The notes below the pieces were generated by a model. That model was given only the letters and a program-made list of their open reading frames with translations. It did not search any database and was not told the origin of the DNA. From a virus (taxonomy: Duplodnaviria > Caudoviricetes): a DNA stretch of 24,758 bases. Both the position numbers and the translations under genes were made by a program. Positions 1 to 6,548 of the stretch are shown here, in pieces. The stretch's first letter is position 1, and each line of letters starts with the position of its first letter. The stretch is taken from the IMG/VR virus record IMGVR_UViG_3300020264_000046, positions 1 through 24,758 of that record; one strand, given 5' to 3'.

Positions 1-852
1 GACGAGCGACTCTGGAAACCAGGGGTGGACAAGAGCGGTAACGGTTATGCCGTGATCCGTTTCCTCCCTGAGCCTGAGGGTGAAGACCTTCCTTGGGCAC
101 AAGTTTGGAGTCACGCTTTCCAAGGACCAGGCGGATGGTATATTGAAAACTCCCTCACTACACTGGGTCAGAAAGATCCTGTTGGTGAATTGAATCGCAC
201 ACTTTGGAATAGCGGTCTTGATTCTGACAAAGAGATTGCTCGTAAGCAGAAGCGTAAGCTTTCTTACTACAGCAACATCTATGTCGTCAAGGATCAACTG
301 AATCCTCAGAATGAGGGTAAAGTATTCCTGTATAAGTATGGTAAGAAGATCCACGACAAGATCGTGTCTTCTATGCAACCCCAGTTTGAAGACGAAGAAC
401 CTATCAACCCCTTTGATCTTTGGGGTGGTGCAGACTTCCGTATCAAGATCCAAACCATTGGTGGTTACTGGAATTATGATAAGTCTGACTTCGCAGCACC
501 TAGCACGCTGGGTGGTTTCGATGATGAGAAACTGGAAGCACTGTGGAAGTCTCAGTATTCCCTCAAGGAATTCACTGACCCTTCTGCCTTCAAGTCTTAT
601 GAGAAACTGGAAGAGCGTCTGAATATGGTCCTTAATAAGGGTCGCACTCAGGTCCGCACTCGTGATGAGCAAGATGAAGCAGTCTTTGACTCCCCTGTTG
701 GTGGATTCAATGACCGTGACATTACGCCAGTTGCACCAGTGTCACAACCCGACACCACACCTAGTGGATTCGGTGCTAAGATTGAAGAGTTAAACAAAGC
801 AGACGATGGTCCTGATCTGGACTACTTCGCTGCCCTCGCTAACGACGACTAA
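1..852 (+). CDS. gp32: T4 gp32-like single-stranded DNA-binding protein (5'-truncated by the window edge)
   Basis: Frame is open from base 1 (DERLWKPGVDKSGNGYAVIRFLP). It contains gp32 motifs HAFQGPGGWYIENSLTT, KRKLSYYSNIYVVKD, FLYKYGKKI and NYDKSDF, and an acidic C-terminal tail (DLDYFAALANDD). The GTG at 25 is internal. Confidence 0.96.
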   Translation, partial: DERLWKPGVDKSGNGYAVIRFLPEPEGEDLPWAQVWSHAFQGPGGWYIENSLTTLGQKDPVGELNRTLWNSGLDSDKEIARKQKRKLSYYSNIYVVKDQLNPQNEGKVFLYKYGKKIHDKIVSSMQPQFEDEEPINPFDLWGGADFRIKIQTIGGYWNYDKSDFAAPSTLGGFDDEKLEALWKSQYSLKEFTDPSAFKSYEKLEERLNMVLNKGRTQVRTRDEQDEAVFDSPVGGFNDRDITPVAPVSQPDTTPSGFGAKIEELNKADDGPDLDYFAALANDD

Positions 853-1124
853 TGAAAAAACTTGCCCTTGCCTCTCTGCTGCTATTGTCCGCTGCAGCAC
901 CCGCTAATGCACTAACTTGGAAGGAATTCTGGGAGCCGTTTGAGGGGCACGGGCATCACCATTCGCACCATTATTATTATGATCACCCTCCTAGGAGGCG
1001 TATGTGTGAGGTGCAGGTGACTAGACGTGTTTGGATTCCTGGTCGTTGGTTGGGACACTACGAATACGTCGAGGGTTACTGGGAGAAACAGACACGACTT
1101 AAGTGGAGACCCTGTAGGCGTTGA
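852..1124 (+). CDS. Small secreted/periplasmic protein, His-rich, with WxxGxW-type repeats
   Basis: ATG overlaps the gp32 stop (TAATG). Sec-type signal peptide MKKLALASLLLLSAAAPANA, His tract GHGHHHSHH, motifs WIPGRW and YVEGYW. Confidence 0.75.
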   Translation: MKKLALASLLLLSAAAPANALTWKEFWEPFEGHGHHHSHHYYYDHPPRRRMCEVQVTRRVWIPGRWLGHYEYVEGYWEKQTRLKWRPCRR

Positions 1125-1214
1125 CCCATATATTATTTGACTTTTCGTTCCCAGGAAGGTCGAAAAAAAATTCGGGGTATTTTTTCGCCCACAGGGTTTT
1201 TCGGTATTTTTACT
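1125..1214. other. A/T-tract-rich non-coding element with inverted and direct repeats
   Basis: Inverted repeat CGAAAAAA(1161-1168)/TTTTTTCG(1180-1187); stem GACTTTTC(1139-1146)/GGAAGGTC(1154-1161); GGTATTTTT at 1176 and 1203. Confidence 0.5.
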
Positions 1215-1412
1215 ATGACACATTACAAACCTTATTCGCCTGAATGGCACAGATACCGTTATTTGGCGGAAGCGTTAAATCAGTATCTGGACGACTATGT
1301 TGAAAATGACGTAATCGTTGAAGATATCCAAAGTATCCTCAATGAGCGATCTGAGGCATCTTATGCCGATTTCAACAAAGTCTCTGAATTAGAGTCCAAA
1401 CTGCGTAAATGA
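1215..1412 (+). CDS. Hypothetical phage protein (65 aa)
   Basis: ATG at 1215 (MTHYKPYSPEWHRYRYL...) is preferred over TTG 1137, which lies in the A/T-tract element. Packed tightly against the next gene. Confidence 0.7.
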   Translation: MTHYKPYSPEWHRYRYLAEALNQYLDDYVENDVIVEDIQSILNERSEASYADFNKVSELESKLRK

Positions 1413-1415
1413 TTT

Positions 1416-1730
1416 ATGCTCTCAACCGCTTATCGACTCCGTTTGGAGTCTATTTGCAGATGTATTGCAAATAAAGAAACTGTCCCTATTGAGGACATGA
1501 TCTGGGCAGAGAAACTTGCCAAAAGGCACACACTCGCCCGAGATTGGTTACAAAAGGCACGTCGGCAAGCGTCTCAAGACATTGAGGAGGGCAGTCTAGA
1601 TGATTTTATGAATAGGATGGGTCTCGGAGACCCTGATCCATCCAATCATAGGACTACATTCGACGGTGCAGATGATATCAATGATTGGTTTAGGAGGGAC
1701 AAACCAGATGACTGGCGTCAGCGTGACTAA
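1416..1730 (+). CDS. Conserved cyanophage-type hypothetical protein
   Basis: MLSTAYRLRLESICRCI...MGLGDPDPSNH...DDWRQRD; ATG 3 nt after the upstream stop. Resembles a common small cyanomyovirus family (recalled, not searched). Confidence 0.8.
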   Translation: MLSTAYRLRLESICRCIANKETVPIEDMIWAEKLAKRHTLARDWLQKARRQASQDIEEGSLDDFMNRMGLGDPDPSNHRTTFDGADDINDWFRRDKPDDWRQRD

Positions 1731-1731
1731 T

Positions 1732-1866
1732 ATGAATATCGCCAAAAACCTTCTAGAGAAGGCAGCAGAATTGCTTGGCAGTGAAGTAAGACATTATACT
1801 GTGGTCGATAGGACCACAGAGCATGAAAAGTTTGTTATCGAGTACAATCATTCAGAGAAGAAATGA
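1732..1866 (+). CDS. Small hypothetical protein (44 aa)
   Basis: ATG at 1732 directly follows the upstream TAA (MNIAKNLLEKAAELL...); its stop overlaps the next start (ATGA). Confidence 0.6.
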   Translation: MNIAKNLLEKAAELLGSEVRHYTVVDRTTEHEKFVIEYNHSEKK

Positions 1867-2105
1867 TTCCACAGACAGCAGTAATTTATAGCAATGGATC
1901 ACAAGAATGTGAAAGAGCAGCACAACTCTTAAAATCACTAGAAGGCGAATTTCTCGAATATCGCCTAAATCAGCATTTTGACCAAAGAGCGTTTGAAAAC
2001 GAATTCGGACCAGAAGCAGAATACCCACAAATCGCGCTAGGAGCGCAACATGTGGGTAATTTGAAAGAATTGCTACATCTAGCAAAAGAGAGGGGATTTA
2101 TTTAA
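1863..2105 (+). CDS. Glutaredoxin-like (thioredoxin fold) protein with degenerate active site
   Basis: Grx layout AVIYS-NGSQEC-ERAAQLL, cis-Pro motif EYPQI and HVGNLKEL. The CxxC site is replaced by SQEC. Confidence 0.75.
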   Translation: MIPQTAVIYSNGSQECERAAQLLKSLEGEFLEYRLNQHFDQRAFENEFGPEAEYPQIALGAQHVGNLKELLHLAKERGFI

Positions 2106-3070
2106 TATCCTCCACCACCACTATAAGACCCTCCGCTGGACGTGCCACCGCCAGAGGTCTGACCACTAGAAGATCCAGCGGATCCATATTGGTTAACCTC
2201 TGTTTCGGTCATCTCGCCAGCGGTTTCAGTAGTAGCGGTAGTGCTACCTGTTGTAACTGTAACTGCAACAGTGCTACCGTCAGCAAGCACATCACCTTGA
2301 GAAATGGTAGGATCGGAAGATCCAAAGTTTCTTGAGGTGTATTCTGCTGTAGCAGCGAATTGGATAGAAGGTGTTTGACCCACCAGAGTCTCATATGTGG
2401 GTTTGACGCTAGTAAATGCTTCTGCAACTGTGGCAACACTTCTCTTGATGCCCGTCAGAGGATCAACTTCATTAGAAGGCAGATAGTCAACCAACTCTTC
2501 AAACTCTTCAACGAATGCATTCAAGAATTGAGGTTTCAAGACGTGAATACCTCTCTTATAGTCATTTAGACCAGATTCATAGTCATAGTTAGATAAAGGT
2601 CTAATCAATTCTGCTTTAGGGACCATTGTGCCGTCAGGTCTCATATATTGAAAATCTTCTGTGACTTCAAAACCTGCTCTTAGTTGAATATCACCCCTAG
2701 TACTTCTAATTTCCTGAGTTTCCCAGTGATGGATGCTCTCTACTTCATCCTTCCCATACTTACGCACCATATAATTGTAGAGCTCTTGCTCGGTCATTGG
2801 CCATTCATCATAGACATTGATGATATTGTTGACCAGTAAGAGCACCCAGTCATAGTTAACATTACCGTAGACCTTTTCAGCAACCTGATCAGGTCTTTCA
2901 TTATTTTGGATAGTATACTTCTCAAATCCAAGAATAACATCACTCAGATCATCTCTGATCTTAATACGACGAAAGATATTCTTCGCCAAAACATAGGGGT
3001 CGTTAACTCCTGTGCGATAACTCTTTGTCCTGACGAATACGTCTGGTATGTAAGAAAAATAATTTGACAT
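2102..3070 (-). CDS. gp53: Baseplate wedge subunit, T4 gp53-like
   Basis: N-terminal YFSYIP and KNIFRR; LysM-like YTIQNNERPDQVAEKVYG...WVLLLVNNIIN..EWP; HHWET; NDYKRGIHVLKP. Long Thr/Ser/Gly-rich C-terminal extension. Confidence 0.9.
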   Translation of the reverse strand: MSNYFSYIPDVFVRTKSYRTGVNDPYVLAKNIFRRIKIRDDLSDVILGFEKYTIQNNERPDQVAEKVYGNVNYDWVLLLVNNIINVYDEWPMTEQELYNYMVRKYGKDEVESIHHWETQEIRSTRGDIQLRAGFEVTEDFQYMRPDGTMVPKAELIRPLSNYDYESGLNDYKRGIHVLKPQFLNAFVEEFEELVDYLPSNEVDPLTGIKRSVATVAEAFTSVKPTYETLVGQTPSIQFAATAEYTSRNFGSSDPTISQGDVLADGSTVAVTVTTGSTTATTETAGEMTETEVNQYGSAGSSSGQTSGGGTSSGGSYSGGGGY

Positions 3071-3981
3071 TATTCAAAATCTTCGCGTGTGCGGTATTTG
3101 ATTTCTTGGAAAGAAAGTGTCATGTTATATACTGCAAAACCAAAGTCCTTAGTTTCCATACCAGGAATCTGGGTACGAATTGCAGTGGAATCACCGAAGT
3201 CAACACTCATGTCTTGTAAGACCATAGTATTAGGGAATCGCAAGAGTGAATTCATATATCCACCTGCTGCTTCACCCTCACCCAATTCTTCCTCATCACC
3301 TTTAGATGAGTATCTGACAATTTCACATCTAAACTTGTCAGGAATAGTCAACCAATTATTATCTTTAGCTTTGGCAGGGTGCATTGATGCTCTAAGTGTG
3401 TTGATAATCTTATAGATTACCTCCACATCAGCAGCACTTTTGGGCACCATAGTAAACTTGAAACTATGGTTGATGAATGAGACACCTTTGAATAGCATCT
3501 CTTCATATGGGTTGAATACTTCACCTCGTGTTATCCCTGCGATATCATTAGCATCAAGACCCGATCCGAATGGTGAAACTGTGCCAACCAAAGTGTTAAT
3601 TGCTTCAGCACCTACCTTGAATCCAAGTGCGGGTTTTGCTGCATCTGCTGCTCTTGAGATGTGGGTGCCAATATCTTGACCGCCAGCAAGAGCACTACCA
3701 GCAGCATCCATAACTTCGGCACCAACCTTACCAAGACTTTTGCCTTCATACTTTGCTGTATACTTCTCATTCAACCCAGGAGGAAGATACAGGAATATGG
3801 TCTCTTTACCTTTACCACCATACTTAGCAGAGTTTTGTCTACCCTTTTGGTGTTCATAAATACTCAATTTAAGGTAGTCGATCACTTCCGTTGGGAAGGT
3901 TGCGTCCTTCCTTACAGACCGTCTACTACTACCTGATGAACCGAGGGGTTTAACCCTTGGAAATACTAACATTGAAGACAT
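3070..3981 (-). CDS. gp48: Baseplate tail-tube cap, T4 gp48-like
   Basis: Motifs IFLYLP, NPYEEMLFKGVSFINHSFKFTMVPKS..D...I..II, P.KF and LSFQEI; adjacent to gp53 as in cyanomyoviruses. Confidence 0.85.
   Translation of the reverse strand: MSSMLVFPRVKPLGSSGSSRRSVRKDATFPTEVIDYLKLSIYEHQKGRQNSAKYGGKGKETIFLYLPPGLNEKYTAKYEGKSLGKVGAEVMDAAGSALAGGQDIGTHISRAADAAKPALGFKVGAEAINTLVGTVSPFGSGLDANDIAGITRGEVFNPYEEMLFKGVSFINHSFKFTMVPKSAADVEVIYKIINTLRASMHPAKAKDNNWLTIPDKFRCEIVRYSSKGDEEELGEGEAAGGYMNSLLRFPNTMVLQDMSVDFGDSTAIRTQIPGMETKDFGFAVYNMTLSFQEIKYRTREDFE
3855..3862 (+). promoter_or_regulatory. T4-type late promoter for gp4 (inside gp48, antisense)
   Basis: CATAAATA, matching NATAAATA, about 120 nt upstream of the gp4 ATG. 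Confidence 0.55.
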
Positions 3982-4414
3982 GAGTTATTCTGGCAAATTC
4001 AGACCATCAAATAGACATAAGTATAAGGGAGATCCCACAAATATTATTTATAGGAGTTTGTGGGAAAGAAAGTTTATGGTCTGGTGCGACAAGAATGTAA
4101 ATGTATTGGAGTGGGGAAGTGAAGAAATCGTTATTCCATACATCAGTCCTGTTGACGGTCGGATTCATCGCTATTTCCCCGATTTCTACGTCAGAGCACG
4201 AACCAGGAGTGGAGGGACTACGAAGCTCATTATTGAGGTTAAACCGAAGATACAGTGTGCGCCCCCTAAACGCCCAAAGAGGCAAACTAAAAAGTACATA
4301 ACTGAGGTGAAGACTTTTGGTGTCAACCAAGCAAAGTGGAAGGCAGCGAGAGAATACTGTAAAGACCGTAATATGGAATTTCTCATCCTTACAGAAAAAG
4401 AGTTAAACGTATGA
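3980..4414 (+). CDS. gp4: Head completion nuclease, T4 gp4-like (TnsA-like fold)
   Basis: YSGKFRPSN..KYKGDPTNIIYRSLWERKFM, WGSEE, HRYFPDF, IEVKP, NQAKWKAA, ILTEKEL. Confidence 0.93.
   Translation: MSYSGKFRPSNRHKYKGDPTNIIYRSLWERKFMVWCDKNVNVLEWGSEEIVIPYISPVDGRIHRYFPDFYVRARTRSGGTTKLIIEVKPKIQCAPPKRPKRQTKKYITEVKTFGVNQAKWKAAREYCKDRNMEFLILTEKELNV
4045..4052 (-). promoter_or_regulatory. T4-type late promoter for gp48-gp53 (inside gp4, antisense)
   Basis: TATTTATA on + strand is a perfect TATAAATA on the - strand, about 64 nt upstream of the gp48 ATG. Confidence 0.7.
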
Positions 4415-4881
4415 GCATCTTCACAGATGTCAAGGATCTTGCAGAAGGCAAGTCACAATCAAAGGAGTGGTATCGCAGTCAACTGCAGTATGGTCTAGAG
4501 CCATATGAAGGTAACTTCAATGTCGGTGATATTATCTTCTTTGCATATTCTGCAGCGACTGAGAAACTTCAGTTTTACGACAGATTCCCTATGGTGCAGA
4601 TATCCGATCTGGATACACCAAACATGCAATTCTCAGGTGGTAACTTACATTATCTACGACCAACAGCAAGAAAAACAATCGCTGCACAGTGGTCTGTAGG
4701 TAGTCCCGCGTATCCTGCCCGTTGCCATCATAAATACTTTATGTCAAACGCTACTAACATCTATACTGTTAAACCGATCGATCTGCAGGATATGACACCA
4801 TTGCCTATTGAGCAATTCTTATTTAATGCAGCAGGTAGATGGATTGAAGTCCCTAGCAGTCACATCTGGAGCAGAGTTTAA
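4411..4881 (+). CDS. gp2: DNA end protector protein, T4 gp2-like (short form)
   Basis: FFAYSA...LQFYDRFPMV, GGNLHYLRP..R, HKYFMS, LPIEQF; follows gp4. Confidence 0.8.
   Translation: MSIFTDVKDLAEGKSQSKEWYRSQLQYGLEPYEGNFNVGDIIFFAYSAATEKLQFYDRFPMVQISDLDTPNMQFSGGNLHYLRPTARKTIAAQWSVGSPAYPARCHHKYFMSNATNIYTVKPIDLQDMTPLPIEQFLFNAAGRWIEVPSSHIWSRV
4729..4736 (+). promoter_or_regulatory. Possible late promoter inside gp2, upstream of the tube-like gene
   Basis: CATAAATA about 145 nt upstream of ATG 4881. Could be a by-product of H-K-Y codons. Confidence 0.35.
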
Positions 4882-5627
4882 TGGGATACAGAAATCCAAA
4901 TAGTTTTCTTCGTTTTGCCGATCTCGTCGCGAGTGGCGAGAAGGATATTGCAAAGTCGAATCTATTCTCGGTGGAGATCACACTCCCTCCGATGTTATAT
5001 GCTAAAGGGATGAATCCCAACTATAGGGAGCACTATGAGACAATTAACTATTTTGCCGATAGTGTAACTATCCCCGCAAGAAGAATTAAGACACAATCAG
5101 TTAAGATGGTTGGTCAACCATATGATTATGCATATGGTCAGCAGAAGCAAGAAGTCAGAATGTCCTTCATCATGACAAAGGACATGTATCATCGTCAATT
5201 ATTTGAGAAATGGATGAATCTGACTGCAAATGATGCTGAAAACAGAGTTACATTCTACGATGAGTATACTGCAGACATTCAGATCCTGAAATGGGAGAAT
5301 GCTGCCAACATTGTTTACAGAGGTGCTACTAACTTTAATGGTAAACATGTTAATTTTGAGCAGAGGATGAATAGATCTACTGCTGTATGGCAGATGTATG
5401 GTGCATTCCCCTTTGATATCTCAGCAATGACTCTCAATAACGGTCCTGCTGATATTATGAAGATCGACGTTGATTTCAAATACGAGAGATTTAGATTTGA
5501 CACGGTTGGAGAAGATGTCCTCTCCTTCAGTCCTAATGCTAAGGACAAGGTTATTCGTAACTTTGATAGGATTTCGGAAGCATTGGGACTCGATGCCCAA
5601 GAAGATTCCTCCTTCTTTGGCACCTAA
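4881..5627 (+). CDS. Tail tube-fold protein (gp54 tube initiator / gp19 paralog)
   Basis: NLFSVEI, SVTIPAR, FEKWMN, FYDEY, YGAFP..IS.M.L, VDFKYE, typical of gp19/gp54-like proteins; lies in the baseplate module. Confidence 0.75.
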   Translation: MGYRNPNSFLRFADLVASGEKDIAKSNLFSVEITLPPMLYAKGMNPNYREHYETINYFADSVTIPARRIKTQSVKMVGQPYDYAYGQQKQEVRMSFIMTKDMYHRQLFEKWMNLTANDAENRVTFYDEYTADIQILKWENAANIVYRGATNFNGKHVNFEQRMNRSTAVWQMYGAFPFDISAMTLNNGPADIMKIDVDFKYERFRFDTVGEDVLSFSPNAKDKVIRNFDRISEALGLDAQEDSSFFGT

Positions 5628-5634
5628 ATAAATT
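5624..5634 (+). promoter_or_regulatory. Probable late promoter upstream of gp26
   Basis: CTAAATAAATT overlapping the upstream stop, followed by a GGAG ribosome-binding site and ATG 5653. Confidence 0.5.
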
Positions 5635-5652
5635 TAATAGTTATGGAGTATT

Positions 5653-6357
5653 ATGCCTTTACCCAAGCTCGCTATCCCCGAGTATGATCTGACTTTGCCT
5701 ATTACAGGCACTCAAGTTACATATAGACCATTCCTTGTCAAAGAGGAGAAACTGCTGTATCTCGCTATGGAGTCGCAAGACGACAAGCAGATGATCAAGG
5801 CAGTCAAGACCATCATCAAGAATTGCACCAACCTGAAGAGTAAGGTAGAAGATCTCGCAACCTTTGAGATTGAATTCATCTTCCTCCGCATTCGTGCTAC
5901 TGCTGTTGGTGAAGCAAGTGAATTCAAGATCACTTGTCCCGATGATGAAAAGACCCAGGTCGAAGTGATGGTGCCTCTGAATGAAGTACAGGTTGAGATC
6001 CCTGCTGATCATGAGAAGAAAATTCTCCTTGATAAAGAAGTGGGTGTGGTTATGAAATATCCTTCGATTGATGTATTCATCAGTCAAAACATGTCGGATA
6101 ACCCTGGACTAGAAGATGTGTTTGAGTTGGCAGCAGGTTGCATTGAAAGTGTTTACGACAGCGAAGAAGTCTATGACAACTTCACTAAGAAGGAAGCACT
6201 TGAATTCCTTGAAGATCTGAATTCTGAGCAGTTTGCTAAGATCCAGAAATTCTTTGAGACTATGCCTAAGTTGACATACACACTCCCTGTCACAAACCCC
6301 AACACTGGAGTTACATCTGATGTTGTGCTTGAAGGACTCGCTGCTTTTTTCGCGTAG
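5653..6357 (+). CDS. gp26: Baseplate hub assembly protein, gp26-like (candidate tail assembly chaperone 'G')
   Basis: MPLPKL..P.Y.L.LP, YRPFLVKEEKLL, IEFIFLRIRA..VGE, MKYP, KFFETMPKL, ending LEGLAAFFA. Confidence 0.9.
   Translation: MPLPKLAIPEYDLTLPITGTQVTYRPFLVKEEKLLYLAMESQDDKQMIKAVKTIIKNCTNLKSKVEDLATFEIEFIFLRIRATAVGEASEFKITCPDDEKTQVEVMVPLNEVQVEIPADHEKKILLDKEVGVVMKYPSIDVFISQNMSDNPGLEDVFELAAGCIESVYDSEEVYDNFTKKEALEFLEDLNSEQFAKIQKFFETMPKLTYTLPVTNPNTGVTSDVVLEGLAAFFA
6345..6351 (+). promoter_or_regulatory. Candidate -1 programmed ribosomal frameshift site T_TTT_TTC
   Basis: gp26 frame reads gcT TTT TTC gcg TAG. The -1 frame reads TTT TTT CGC GTA GCC CTA TTG CAC..., open into gp51. Confidence 0.7.
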
Positions 6358-6362
6358 CCCTA

Positions 6363-6548
6363 TTGCACGATAGTCTTGAAAACTACTACAAAACAAACTT
6401 TGCCTTGATGCAGCACCACAAGTATTCACTAACCGAGTTGGAGAATATGATTCCGTGGGAAAGAGATGTATATGTGAATCTTCTCCTCGCACACATTGCT
6501 GAGGAAGAAAGACGGCAAAACCAAGATCAGTCACGCATGTCCCTCTAA
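6363..6548 (+). CDS. gp51: gp51-like baseplate hub assembly protein; probably the C-terminal part of a gp26-gp51 frameshift fusion
   Basis: LENYYKTNFALMQHHKYSLTELENMIPWERDVYVNLL. Only a TTG start with no well-placed Shine-Dalgarno; the stop overlaps the tape-measure ATG (TAATG). Confidence 0.85.
   Translation: MHDSLENYYKTNFALMQHHKYSLTELENMIPWERDVYVNLLLAHIAEEERRQNQDQSRMSL

Noticed and set aside
1137-1214. TTG-initiated N-terminal extension of the 1215-1412 ORF
   Set aside because: It runs through homopolymer tracts and palindromes with no SD; ATG 1215 is more plausible.
3980-4414. TnsA-like endonuclease suggesting a Tn7 element or homing endonuclease
   Set aside because: Motifs and synteny match the core T4 gp4 head-completion protein; there are no tnsB/C genes or terminal repeats.
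6340-6365. gp26/gp51 break as a sequencing error or pseudogene
   Set aside because: gp26 ends at the family-typical L..FF terminus, and separate short gp51 ORFs are usual in cyanomyoviruses, so programmed recoding fits better. Raw reads were not available to exclude an indel.
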